Assembly (NCBI GenBank): GCA_037446635.1
Contig: JBBIIG010000029.1
Coordinates: forward strand, 1-56,460
Direction of reading: 5' to 3'
Length of the DNA: 56,460 nucleotides
From: a bacterium
GTDB taxonomy: Bacteria > Zhuqueibacterota > Zhuqueibacteria > Oceanimicrobiales > Oceanimicrobiaceae
Under the pieces are notes generated by a model that did not search any database, had not been told where the DNA came from, and saw only the letters and a program-made list of their open reading frames with translations. Positions 38,994-48,968 of this stretch are shown piece after piece (positions within the stretch are counted from its first letter, which is position 1; every line of letters starts with the position of its first letter). The translations under genes were made by a program, and so were the position numbers.

Positions 38994-40768
38994 CAACCCT
39001 CCTTCATGGTCGATTTGAATTTCAAGAAAGTCTCATGGTTCAATTTTTTGTCGGTGTGCACTTCGAGGATGGCGGCGCGATCCTGCAGGCCGAAAAATTT
39101 TGGCAGTTGCTTTTCCAGTTCGCCGAACGACGCGCAGCGGAAATAATTCAAGCCATGATCCACGGCGGTGCGCTCGGCAGTCAGGCCGTGTGCGACTTCA
39201 AAAAATTGTTCCAATTCCGGCAAGCTGCCGGCGCCGTCGAGAATGCGGAAGATGCCGCCGCCGTAATTGTTGATGATGACGATGCGCAGATTTTTGGGCA
39301 CAAACGAATTCCACAAGGCGTTGCGATCGTAAAAAAATGCCAGATCGCCGATAATCGCAGTCGTCAATTTAGTGGTTGCCAGCGCCGCCCCCACGGCCGT
39401 GCTGAGCGTGCCATCGATGCCGCTGACACCGCGGTTGGAGTTGACTTGCACGCCTTTGGTTTCAGACAAACCGAGATAACTGGCGAAGCGAATGACCCCG
39501 CTGTTGCCCAACTGCAGGTGGCTGTATTTTGGCAGATGACTCAGAATGGCGTGAATCGCGGAAAATTCGCAGTTGGGCAAGTCTTGCAGAAAATGCGCGA
39601 GAGATTTTCGGACGCGGTATTCCTGGCGGGTCCAGGTTTCACAATAGGCTGCCGGTGCATCGGCTAGACCTCCCCCTAATCCCCTCCTTTGTAAGGAGGG
39701 GGGACCACCCTCCCCCTCCTTTGTAAAAAGGGAGTTAGAGGGAGATTTTCGAAGCGCGAGTTGTTCAAAAAAATACTGTGCGTCTACCGGCAGAATGTGC
39801 GTCAGGGCTTGGAAGGTATCGATGCACTGGCCGGCGGGATCAAGATGCCAGTGAAGTCTCGGCTTGTGCTTTCTCAAAAACATTTTGAGATTTTTGGAAA
39901 CCAGCGGGCCGCCGAACGAAATCAGCAGGTCGGGCGCCAGCTCGCGCCGAACGTTCTCGTCTTCTGTTCCCAAAATCAGGTCGGCGTGATGAAGAGCAAG
40001 CGCTTCGTGCAAATTTGAAGTGACATCAAATATCACCGCGGCGCTTTTATTCTCCTGCAAAACCCGCAGGCGCTCCGCTAATTTTGGATTAAGCGGGTGC
40101 ATTCCAGCCACAATCAGCCGGCGCGGACTGGCTCGCCACGCGATCAGCAATTCGTCCCAATCGTGATCGTCCAAAACCGGACGGGGCGGAACCGTTGAAA
40201 TTATTTTGGGCGAAGAATCATATTTGATTTCTGCGCTGGGATACAGCGGCTCGCGCAGCGGCACGTTGACGTGCACTGGCCCCGGCGCTGGCCAGAGGCT
40301 GGCGTGAATCGCCTCGGAGACGATGCGCTCGGCGTGCCAACGCGCATCGGGATGGGAATCCTCTGCCGGCAACTCAAAACTGGCGCGGCAGAGCTTGCCG
40401 AACACGTCGCGCTGGGGAATGGTCTGGCCGTCGTTTTGATCGATCCACTCCGGTGGGCGATCGGCGGTGAAGAGCAAAAGCGGGATTCGTTGATAATAAG
40501 CCTCCGCGACCGCCGGCCCGAAATTGAGCGGGGCGGTGCCGGAGGTGCAAACCAGCCCCACCGGGCGTTCCAACTGCTGCGCCAGGCCGAGGGCGATGAA
40601 GCCCGCGGAACGTTCGTCCACAACGACGCGGCAGGTCAAATTCGGATGTCGAACCAGGGCGAGGGTGAGCGGCGCGGATCGCGAGCCCGGCGCGATGATG
40701 AAATTGCGCACATTTTGCCGGGCGCAAATTTCGGCAAGGTTGACGACGTTTTCTTTGAACGCGCTCAT
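38993..40768 (-). CDS. menD: SEPHCHC synthase (ThDP-dependent) carrying an in-frame repeat-derived insertion
   Basis: [50 protein letters not shown]. Confidence 0.94.
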   Translation of the reverse strand: MSAFKENVVNLAEICARQNVRNFIIAPGSRSAPLTLALVRHPNLTCRVVVDERSAGFIALGLAQQLERPVGLVCTSGTAPLNFGPAVAEAYYQRIPLLLFTADRPPEWIDQNDGQTIPQRDVFGKLCRASFELPAEDSHPDARWHAERIVSEAIHASLWPAPGPVHVNVPLREPLYPSAEIKYDSSPKIISTVPPRPVLDDHDWDELLIAWRASPRRLIVAGMHPLNPKLAERLRVLQENKSAAVIFDVTSNLHEALALHHADLILGTEDENVRRELAPDLLISFGGPLVSKNLKMFLRKHKPRLHWHLDPAGQCIDTFQALTHILPVDAQYFFEQLALRKSPSNSLFTKEGEGGPPSLQRRGLGGGLADAPAAYCETWTRQEYRVRKSLAHFLQDLPNCEFSAIHAILSHLPKYSHLQLGNSGVIRFASYLGLSETKGVQVNSNRGVSGIDGTLSTAVGAALATTKLTTAIIGDLAFFYDRNALWNSFVPKNLRIVIINNYGGGIFRILDGAGSLPELEQFFEVAHGLTAERTAVDHGLNYFRCASFGELEKQLPKFFGLQDRAAILEVHTDKKLNHETFLKFKSTMKEG

Positions 40769-42090
40769 CGCCGTGGCATTTCTTCACTCATCGCTTCGGC
40801 AGGAGAAAACAGAGCCACGTCCCGGCCCTCCTCAGAAACATCGAGGAATTTCAGCAGAGCGTTGAATTTAAGCTGAGTCTCCAGCCACTCCTTTTCCGGA
40901 TCGGAATCTTTGGTAACGCCGACGCCGGCGTATAAAACAGCCGATGCAGACAACAACTGCAAACAGCGCAAGTTCACGAACAGATGGGACCCCCCGTCAA
41001 AACCAACCGGCCCCAGGAATCCGCTATAAAACTCGCGGTCGTGGGGTTCGGTTTTTTGGATGTAGCGCAAAGCCGCCTCTTTGGGTAGGCCGCAAACCGC
41101 CGGCGTGGGATGCAAATCCAGCAGAAACCGGTTAAGTGCGGTGAAGTTTTGGCCACCGAGGTTAGTGGAAAACGTTGTTTGCAAATGCAGCAAATCGCCC
41201 ACCCGCACGGTCTCGGGGCCGCGCTCATCAACATTGTTTAGATTGTGGCGTTGAAAGCACGCGCGAATGTACTCGCTGACAATGGCTTGCTCATCCAATT
41301 CTTTTGCACCCCAGACGACGTCGATGCGCGACGCCGGCATGGTGCCGGCCAACGCCACCGTACGCAACCGGTCTGCGCCCATCGTCAGGTGCAGTTCGGG
41401 CGTGGCGCCCACCCAGGTGCCAATTTCCGGCAGAGCGACCAGCGAAACAAAGGCGCCGGGAAACCCTTCACAAAGGCGATCAAATAGATCAACGACGTCG
41501 AAGCTCGTGGGCAGGGGGCGCTCCAGCGTTCGCGACAGCACGACTTTTTTGAAATGCGACTGTTTGATGCCGGCCACAGCGTCGGCGATCATCTTAAGGT
41601 AGGTTTCTTTATTGACCGCTGCATTATTTTTTGGCGACGGCGGCACGTGCCAGCCCAAATCGGCGCTTTTGCCGTTGGCGGAGTGCAGGAGCTCTTGCAG
41701 ACAGCTATCGAAATCAGCGCGGCCGCGCGACAAAACGATCTCGTCGTTTGCATAACGAAGGCGGCCAGCGCGCCAAAAAATATGCGGCGAAAGAAAGTAG
41801 CCCCTCTCGCCGCCAAAATTAATAAAGGGCGAGATGACGAATCCGCTGCGCTCCGGCTGTAAACAAATCGGTCGGAGTTGGCATCGCCCGGAGAGATCGA
41901 CGAGCGCTTGCGGCGAACGCTGGCCCGGTGATCGCCAAATGGCAATCGCCAGCCGTTGGATGATGGCCGTGCGATAAAAATAACGCAAAAAATCCGGCCG
42001 CCCGCTCAGAACAACTTCTTGATCGATTTGCAAATCCACTCCTCTTTTCAAATGGCGGCACAATTTAATCAACCGAACCAATATTGTCAA
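40765..42090 (-). CDS. menF: Isochorismate synthase
   Basis: KVVLSR, GATPE, ALAGT, KE..EQ, LHPTPAVCG, VNLRC, AGVG; start uncertain. Confidence 0.88.
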   Translation of the reverse strand: MTILVRLIKLCRHLKRGVDLQIDQEVVLSGRPDFLRYFYRTAIIQRLAIAIWRSPGQRSPQALVDLSGRCQLRPICLQPERSGFVISPFINFGGERGYFLSPHIFWRAGRLRYANDEIVLSRGRADFDSCLQELLHSANGKSADLGWHVPPSPKNNAAVNKETYLKMIADAVAGIKQSHFKKVVLSRTLERPLPTSFDVVDLFDRLCEGFPGAFVSLVALPEIGTWVGATPELHLTMGADRLRTVALAGTMPASRIDVVWGAKELDEQAIVSEYIRACFQRHNLNNVDERGPETVRVGDLLHLQTTFSTNLGGQNFTALNRFLLDLHPTPAVCGLPKEAALRYIQKTEPHDREFYSGFLGPVGFDGGSHLFVNLRCLQLLSASAVLYAGVGVTKDSDPEKEWLETQLKFNALLKFLDVSEEGRDVALFSPAEAMSEEMPRR

Positions 42091-42168
42091 TGTCTTTTCG
42101 GGACCCTTTGAATTTGATATTTTTATTATCTATTTTTTATGAAACGGTGAATCGAGAAAGCGGCTGAG

Positions 42169-43308
42169 ATGAAAAAAGAAACCTACGATTGCCTGGTGCT
42201 CGGTTTGGGCGGCATGGGCAGCGCGACGCTGTACGCGCTGGCGCAGCGGGGAGTCCGCGCTTGCGGCGTGGAGCAGTTGGGCGTGGCTCACGATCGCGGC
42301 AGCTCGCACGGCGACACCCGCATCATCCGCAAAGCGTATTTCGAGCATCCGGACTACCTGCCACTTTTGAACCGCGCGTATGATTTGTGGGAAGAACTGC
42401 AGCGCGCTGCCGGCAAGCAGCTGTTTGTACGCTGCCCGATGATGGTCGCCGGCGCGCCGGCCGCGGAGGTGATCAAAGGTCTGGAGATTTGTTATGAAAA
42501 CCACGACCTCCCCCATGAACGCCTGAGCGCGGCGGCAGCGCACCAACGCTATCCGCAATTTCATTTGCCGGAGGATTTTATCGTTTATTTGGATCCCGTC
42601 GCGGGCTTTCTTTATCCGGAAACCTGCATCGCGGCGCAGATCGGGCGGGCGCAAAAATGGGGGGCGACAGTTTATAACAATGAAAAAGTCGAGTCGTGGG
42701 AAGAAAACAAAAATGGCTTTCGGGTTAAAACCGAGCGCCGGGAAATCGCGGCCGAGAAACTCATCATCACGGCGGGAGCGTGGGCGAACCGCGAGCTGGC
42801 GTCTTTGAAGCTGCCGCTGCAAATTTGGCGGCGCGTGATGTTCTGGTACGATTGCGGCAATCTCGCGGATTTCGAGCGCGAGCGGTTTCCGATTTTTTAC
42901 GTGGAAACTCAACGCGGCGGCTTTTATGGTTTCCCCGCCATCGATGAGTGGGGGCTGAAGGTCGCCGAACACACGACCCCACAAGTCATTTCGGATCCGG
43001 ACCTAGTGAACCGAACTTTGGCCGCCGGCGACGAGCCGCCAGTGCTCGATTTCTTGCGGGAATTTCTGCCGGGGTTGGCGCCGCGCCGAAGCAAATTTTC
43101 CGTGTGCATGTACACCATGACACCCGACGGCCACTTCATCATCGACCGCCATCCGCTTCGACCCAATCTCGTTTTTGCGGCGGGGTTTTCCGGACACGGA
43201 TTTAAATTCGCGCCCGTGGTGGGTGAGATTTTGAGCGATCTCGCGCTGCACGGCCACACCGCTCATCCGGTGGAGTTCCTCAGGCTGGGGCGGTTTTTCA
43301 ACTCATAA
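42169..43308 (+). CDS. solA: Monomeric sarcosine / N-methyl-L-tryptophan oxidase
   Basis: GLGGMGSA, GSSHGDTRIIR, CMYT (covalent FAD Cys), GFSGHGFKF. Confidence 0.88.
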   Translation: MKKETYDCLVLGLGGMGSATLYALAQRGVRACGVEQLGVAHDRGSSHGDTRIIRKAYFEHPDYLPLLNRAYDLWEELQRAAGKQLFVRCPMMVAGAPAAEVIKGLEICYENHDLPHERLSAAAAHQRYPQFHLPEDFIVYLDPVAGFLYPETCIAAQIGRAQKWGATVYNNEKVESWEENKNGFRVKTERREIAAEKLIITAGAWANRELASLKLPLQIWRRVMFWYDCGNLADFERERFPIFYVETQRGGFYGFPAIDEWGLKVAEHTTPQVISDPDLVNRTLAAGDEPPVLDFLREFLPGLAPRRSKFSVCMYTMTPDGHFIIDRHPLRPNLVFAAGFSGHGFKFAPVVGEILSDLALHGHTAHPVEFLRLGRFFNS

Positions 43309-43311
43309 AAC

Positions 43312-46300
43312 TCACTTCACCAGCAAAAGCTTTTTCGAGGCTTGCCACTCCCCTATCTGAATGCGATAGACGTAAACCCCCGAGGGAACCGCGCGACCAG
43401 CATCATCCAACCCGTTCCAAATCGTAGTGTAGGAACCAGGCGCGACTTCCTCGTCCACCAGCAATCTCACCAATTCCCCCCTCAAATTATAAATGGCCAG
43501 TCGCACGGTGGCAGCGTTCGGCGCAGCAAAATCGATTTTGGTTTGCGGATTAAATGGATTGGGGTAATTTTGCGACAGCCCAAATTCGGTGGGCAGCGCC
43601 CCCGGCTTGTTCTCCACGCTGACCACCACTTCCGTGATGGCGAAGACGTTGTCGCTGGCATCCATCGGCAGAGCGTCGGCGGCGTCCGAGATGCGCACCA
43701 GCGCCTGCTCGGAACCGATGTTGGCGACCTGCCAGGTATAACTGCCGGTATTGGGGACATTGCCGGCAATGCTGGTCCAACTGGCGCCGGCGTTGAGCGA
43801 ATATTCAATTTTGACGAACGGGAAAACGCCGGTCGAACTCCAACTAATTAACTGCTGGCTGTTGCCCTCCCAGCTTTCGCCGCCGTTGGGCGCGAGCACG
43901 GTCAGGCTCGAGCCAATGATGGTAAACACGCCGTTGCTCACATCGGAGGGGGAATCGCCGTTGGCGTTGGCAATTCGCACCAGCGCCGCGCTCGTGGAAA
44001 GATCCGGCAGCGTCCAATCGTAACTGCCGCTGTTGCTGGCGCTGCTGACGATGGCGTTCCAGGTCGTTCCATTGTTGACGGAATAGTCCAATTTGATGGC
44101 GTTGAGGCTGCCGCTCCAAGTCCAGGTGATCTTTTTGACGCTTTCGCCGGTCCACATTTCGCCGCCGTTCGGGGAAGTCAGTGTCAACGTGGAGTTGATG
44201 ATCGAGAAGGGCGCGTCGCTGATATCGGCTGGCGCGCCGTCGCTGGCGTCCGAGATGCGCAGCAGCGCCTGGTTGGTGGGGCTGTTCGGCACGCTCCACG
44301 GGTGGCTGCCGTCGTTGGGGGTGGCATGAATAATCTCGGTCCACGAGGCGCCGTTGTTGGTGGAGTATTCCAACTTCACATTTTCGATGCCGCCGGTTTC
44401 GCTCCAGGTGATGGTTTGGTTGCTGCCCACAAACCAGCTTTCGCCGCCGTTGGGGGAGGTCAGCGTCAGCGTTGAAATGGTGATGGAGAAAACCGAGTTG
44501 CTGGCGTCCGCGGGGGCGCCGTCCGCAGCGTCGGAGATGCGCACCAGCGCGGAACTGGTGGTGATAGCCGGCACCACCCAGTCGTAACTGCCAGTGTTCG
44601 GAGCGCCGCTATCGATTAGGATCCACGTCGAACCGGCGTTGGTGGAGTATTCCAGTTTCACAGATGAAATTTGGCCGGTGGAAGTCCAGGTAATTTTGTG
44701 AAGATTGCCGCTGCCCAAACTTTCGCCGCCATTGGGGGAGATCAGCGTCAGCGATTGGGTGTCGATGGTGAAGACGTTGTTGCTGACATCGGAGGGGTCG
44801 CCGTCGTCGGCGTCGGAGATGCGCACCAGCGTGTTATTGGAGTTGAGGCTCGGCACCATCCAGTTGAAAAGCCCGTTGTTCGGGGCGCTGGCGACGATCT
44901 CCGTCCAACTGCCGCCGGCGTTGGTAGAATACTCCAATTTGACGGCTGAGATCGTCCCAGCGGACGACCAGATGATGTTTTGCAGGCTCCCCCCCGGCCA
45001 AACTTCGCCGCCGTTGGGGGCGCTCAGGGTAAGGCTCTCCGCTGGCGGGACAATGGTAAACGGCCCGTCGTTCACGTCGCTGGGCGCGCCATCCGCCGCG
45101 TCCGAAACCCGCACGAACCCGAACGTCGTGTTGGTGATGGGAACCGTCCAGTTAAAACTGCCGGTGTTGGGGGCGCTGGCAACGATCGTCGTGTATTCCA
45201 ATCCGTTATCGATCGAATATTCTATTCTAACCGCCGCGATGCTGCCGGCGGAAGTCCAGGTGATTTGATGGGTGCTGCCGCCGGTGAGAACCTGGCCGCC
45301 GCTGGGGGAGGTCACCGTGATGCTTTCGGTTAATATAGTAAACACACTATTGCTGACATCAGAGGGCGCGCCATCTACCGCGTCCAAAACGCGCACCAGT
45401 GCTTGAGTGGTGGCCGTCTGCGGCACGCTCCAGTCGTGGCTGCCGTCGTTGGGGGTGCTGGCGATGATCTCCGTATAACTGGCGCCGGCGTCCGTGGAAT
45501 ATTCCAATTTCACATTCGCGATGCTGCCCGTGGCAGTCCAGGTAATGGTGTGCACGCTTCCTGAGGTGAGAGTTTCGCCGCCGTTGGGGGAAATCAGGGT
45601 CAAACTTTCTCCTTGAATAATCGAAAACACGGCGTTGCTAACATCCGATGGGTTGCCGTCGGCGGCGTCGGAGATACGCACCAGCGCGGTGGTGGAACTG
45701 ACGTTGGGCACGGTCCACGCAAAGCTGCCGTCATTGGGCGTGCTGGCGATGATGGTGGTGTAGCTGCCGCCGCTGTTCAGCGAATATTCTAACTTCACGT
45801 TGGCAAAGCTGCCCACGGAAGTCCAGGTAATGTTATGGCTCGCGCCGGCGATGAAATTTTCGCCGCCGTTGGGCGCGATCAACGTCAGGCTTTCAGTAGA
45901 AGTAATGGTAAAGACGCTGTTGCTGACGTCGGCCGGGCTGCCGTCGGCGGCGTCGGAGACCCGCACCAACGCGGTGGTGGTGCTGACGTCGGGCGCCGTC
46001 CACGAGTGGCTGCCGTCGTTGGGGGTGCTGGCGACGATCTCCGTATAACTGGATCCGCCGTTGGTGGAATATTCTAATTTTACGTTGGCGATGTCGCCGG
46101 TAGAAGTCCAGGTAATGGTGTGATTGGCGCCGCCGGCGAGGTTTTCCCCGCCGTTGGGTGAAGTCAGGGTCAGGGTAGCAATAGGGCCGCCCCCGGAACC
46201 GGTGTTTTCGTACCAAATGACGTTGCCCTGCCGGGTAATCAAAGCCAGGTCGGGATCGCCGTCGCGATCAAAATCAGCGATTTCCACACCCTTGGGCCGG

Positions 46301-47307
46301 GTGATGCCGGACTCGATGACGGATTCCGAGAACGACTGGCTGCCGTTGTTGAGAAAGTAACTGACGCGATTTTCAGTGGAGCCGCCATTTTTCGCAAAGG
46401 CGGCAGCGTAGATGTCGGTATCGCCGTCGCCGTCGAGGTCGGCGGCCGCCACGCCCCAGGCTTCACTCCACGCCGCCTCGATGAGACGAATCGTGAACCC
46501 CGGGCCCTGCAGCCAATCCACGTCGAAATTATCGCGCCGGCCGCGCACGATGTCCGGGCTGCCGTCGCCGTTGACATCGGCGGCGTACACGCCATACGCG
46601 CCGCCGGAGGCCACCAGGTTTTTGGTAAAGCTGCCGCCGCCGTTATTGCGGTACCAGGCGGTTCGGCCGCCGCCGCCGGCTACCAAATCCACGCGGCCGT
46701 CCAAATTCATATCTGCAACGTGCAGCGTGTGCCCGCTGTTGAAGCTGCCATCCAAAGTTTGGCGCGTAAAACTGCCGGTGCCGTTATTTTTTAACCAATA
46801 AATGGCGCCGGCCTTCCAGGCCGCCCAGGCGATATCGTTGTCGCCGTCGTCATCCAAATCGGCGGCCACCACGGCGTGGGGATGGCCGGATTCCGTATCA
46901 ACCGTGTGTTTGGTGAAATTTTCCGCGCCGTCGTTTTCCCACCAGGCGATTTCGCTGGGGCCAGTCCAATCTTCGGAGCCGCCGGAACAGGCGACGATGT
47001 CAAGGTCGCCGTCGCCGTCCAAATCCGCGGCGTGGATCGACCACGAGTCCGGAAAATTGGTGCTGATGTTGATGCGGGTGAATGAGCCGCCGTTGTTGCG
47101 GTACCACTTGATGCCGGAATTCAGGGTAGCCGCCAACAAATCCTTGTCGCCGTCGCCGTCTAAATCCACGGCGTAAAGGAAAAAGCCGCCGCTGGCGCTG
47201 TTATCGATCACGCGCTTGCTGAAAGAAAGTTGAGCAAAGAGAGGATACGCCGCCAATAAGCTGGCGCAAGCCAGCGCGTAGTTGAAAACTCTTAGGTGTG
47301 AGATCAT
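43312..47307 (-). CDS. Large secreted protein: FG-GAP/VCBS propeller, nine Ig-like 'SPNGGE' repeats and a C-terminal sorting/FlgD domain
   Basis: Repeated DLDGDGD; nine LTL.SPNGGE...ITW...V.LEYS...W.VP...ALVR..D units; LSQNYPNPFNP tail; ATG 47307 with AAGGAG. Confidence 0.88.
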   Translation of the reverse strand: MISHLRVFNYALACASLLAAYPLFAQLSFSKRVIDNSASGGFFLYAVDLDGDGDKDLLAATLNSGIKWYRNNGGSFTRINISTNFPDSWSIHAADLDGDGDLDIVACSGGSEDWTGPSEIAWWENDGAENFTKHTVDTESGHPHAVVAADLDDDGDNDIAWAAWKAGAIYWLKNNGTGSFTRQTLDGSFNSGHTLHVADMNLDGRVDLVAGGGGRTAWYRNNGGGSFTKNLVASGGAYGVYAADVNGDGSPDIVRGRRDNFDVDWLQGPGFTIRLIEAAWSEAWGVAAADLDGDGDTDIYAAAFAKNGGSTENRVSYFLNNGSQSFSESVIESGITRPKGVEIADFDRDGDPDLALITRQGNVIWYENTGSGGGPIATLTLTSPNGGENLAGGANHTITWTSTGDIANVKLEYSTNGGSSYTEIVASTPNDGSHSWTAPDVSTTTALVRVSDAADGSPADVSNSVFTITSTESLTLIAPNGGENFIAGASHNITWTSVGSFANVKLEYSLNSGGSYTTIIASTPNDGSFAWTVPNVSSTTALVRISDAADGNPSDVSNAVFSIIQGESLTLISPNGGETLTSGSVHTITWTATGSIANVKLEYSTDAGASYTEIIASTPNDGSHDWSVPQTATTQALVRVLDAVDGAPSDVSNSVFTILTESITVTSPSGGQVLTGGSTHQITWTSAGSIAAVRIEYSIDNGLEYTTIVASAPNTGSFNWTVPITNTTFGFVRVSDAADGAPSDVNDGPFTIVPPAESLTLSAPNGGEVWPGGSLQNIIWSSAGTISAVKLEYSTNAGGSWTEIVASAPNNGLFNWMVPSLNSNNTLVRISDADDGDPSDVSNNVFTIDTQSLTLISPNGGESLGSGNLHKITWTSTGQISSVKLEYSTNAGSTWILIDSGAPNTGSYDWVVPAITTSSALVRISDAADGAPADASNSVFSITISTLTLTSPNGGESWFVGSNQTITWSETGGIENVKLEYSTNNGASWTEIIHATPNDGSHPWSVPNSPTNQALLRISDASDGAPADISDAPFSIINSTLTLTSPNGGEMWTGESVKKITWTWSGSLNAIKLDYSVNNGTTWNAIVSSASNSGSYDWTLPDLSTSAALVRIANANGDSPSDVSNGVFTIIGSSLTVLAPNGGESWEGNSQQLISWSSTGVFPFVKIEYSLNAGASWTSIAGNVPNTGSYTWQVANIGSEQALVRISDAADALPMDASDNVFAITEVVVSVENKPGALPTEFGLSQNYPNPFNPQTKIDFAAPNAATVRLAIYNLRGELVRLLVDEEVAPGSYTTIWNGLDDAGRAVPSGVYVYRIQIGEWQASKKLLLVK

Positions 47308-47567
47308 AGCGACTCCTTGACGAACGGTGGTTCTGAGCATAAGTTGGGAGAAATTGAGCGAACGAGTGCATCAACCCTCAACAACTGTTTCATTTAAAAA
47401 CGCTTTGATGGGGTGAAAGACTTAACGAGCCTTAATTGGTTTAAACCTAAGATTTCTATGATTATTACTGGGTCCTTTAGTTGCGATGCGAAAATCGCGT
47501 TATCCCTTAGAATCAAATTTTAGACCAAAATTTTCGCTTGCAGTCGTTGGCTTTTTTTGTTATTTAA

Positions 47568-47771
47568 ACCCAGATTCGGAAAAGTATGTCGAGCGACTGT
47601 CATTGCGAGGAGTCCCGATATTCCTTAATGTTTTTCTATAAAAAATCGGGACGACGAAGCAATCCTCTGCGTATAGAGGCAGGAGATTGCTTCGCTCCCG
47701 TTGGTCGCTCGCAATGACAAGACGTTTGCAATCGTTTTCAAGGCTCGTCTTTCAGTTTTCCGAATCTGGGT
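47568..47771. mobile_element. MITE-like element carrying a GTCATTGCGAG...CTCGCAATGAC palindrome
   Basis: Perfect terminal inverted repeats ACCCAGATTCGGAAAA / TTTTCCGAATCTGGGT, TAA on both flanks, no ORF. Confidence 0.7.
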
Positions 47772-47805
47772 TAAAATTTAAAATTTTTCTAAACGGGAGT
47801 TAACG

Positions 47806-48954
47806 ATGATCGACAAAAAATCTTTGCCCGATTTTCACGAAACCGATTTGCACTCGCCGCCCATCGCGCGCGCCGAAACCATTCCCTCCAGTTGGTACAC
47901 CGCCCCCGAATTTCACGATTTTGACAACGAGGCAATCTTTGCCCGCACCTGGCAGTACGTCGGTTGGCAGGAAAAAGCGCCGAAACCGGGAGATTATTTT
48001 GTAGCGGAGGCGGCGGGAAATCCCATCATCGTGGTGCGCGGGCAGGACGACAAGCTGCGGGCGTTTTACAACGTCTGCCGCCACCGCGGCGGCCCGCTGG
48101 CCACCGAAGACGGCTGCGCCAAGGCTCTGCAGTGCAAATACCACGGCTGGACTTATTTGCTCGACGGCGCCCTGCGCGGGGTGCCGCAGTTCGACCGCGT
48201 GGAGCTGTTTGACCGCAAAGACTTCGGCTTGATCCCGGTGAACCTCGACGTTTGGGAAGGCCTGCTGTTTGTGAATCTCTCCGAAAAACCGAAACCGCTG
48301 AGCGAGTATTTTCACGGCATCGTGGAGCGCATCGCGCCCATCAAACTGGCCGGCAAGAAATTTTGCCAGCGCATCGTTTACGAGCTGAATTGCAACTGGA
48401 AAGTTTACGTGGACAATTACCTCGAGGGCTACCACCTGCCGTATGTGCATCCGGAGCTGTGCAACCTTTTAGATTATCAAAACTACGTCACCGAGACCTT
48501 TCGCTACTACTCGCTGCAGTACAGCCCGTTCACTGGAAAGGACAATTTATATCAAGCGAGCGACGGCGCCGCGTTTTACTATTTCGTCTTCCCCAATTTT
48601 ATGCTGAACATTCTGCCGGGCCGGCTGCAAACCAACCTCATCGCGCCGGTCGCGCACAACCGCACTCAAGTGACTTTCGATTATTTTTATGATGACGTGG
48701 ATTCGCCGGCGGCGAAAAAAATCATTGCGGAAGATATTGAATACAGCGATCGCGTGCAGAGGGAGGACATGGAGATTTGCGAGCACGTGCAAACGGGCCT
48801 GCAATCGCGCGCCTACGATCGCGGCCGCTTTTCAGTTAAATGCGAGCAGGGGGTCTATCACTTTCAAACGTTGTTGAAGGAATTTTACCGCAGCGTCAAT
48901 TCCGCCTCTGTCATTTCGAGGCGAAGCGCAGCGAAGCCAAGAAATCTGAAATAG
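47806..48954 (+). CDS. Rieske non-heme iron oxygenase alpha subunit (choline monooxygenase-like)
   Basis: NVCRHRG...CKYHGW Rieske motif; NWKVYVDNYLEGYH...H and ED mononuclear iron ligands. Confidence 0.88.
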   Translation: MIDKKSLPDFHETDLHSPPIARAETIPSSWYTAPEFHDFDNEAIFARTWQYVGWQEKAPKPGDYFVAEAAGNPIIVVRGQDDKLRAFYNVCRHRGGPLATEDGCAKALQCKYHGWTYLLDGALRGVPQFDRVELFDRKDFGLIPVNLDVWEGLLFVNLSEKPKPLSEYFHGIVERIAPIKLAGKKFCQRIVYELNCNWKVYVDNYLEGYHLPYVHPELCNLLDYQNYVTETFRYYSLQYSPFTGKDNLYQASDGAAFYYFVFPNFMLNILPGRLQTNLIAPVAHNRTQVTFDYFYDDVDSPAAKKIIAEDIEYSDRVQREDMEICEHVQTGLQSRAYDRGRFSVKCEQGVYHFQTLLKEFYRSVNSASVISRRSAAKPRNLK

Positions 48955-48968
48955 CGCCAAAATTATGC

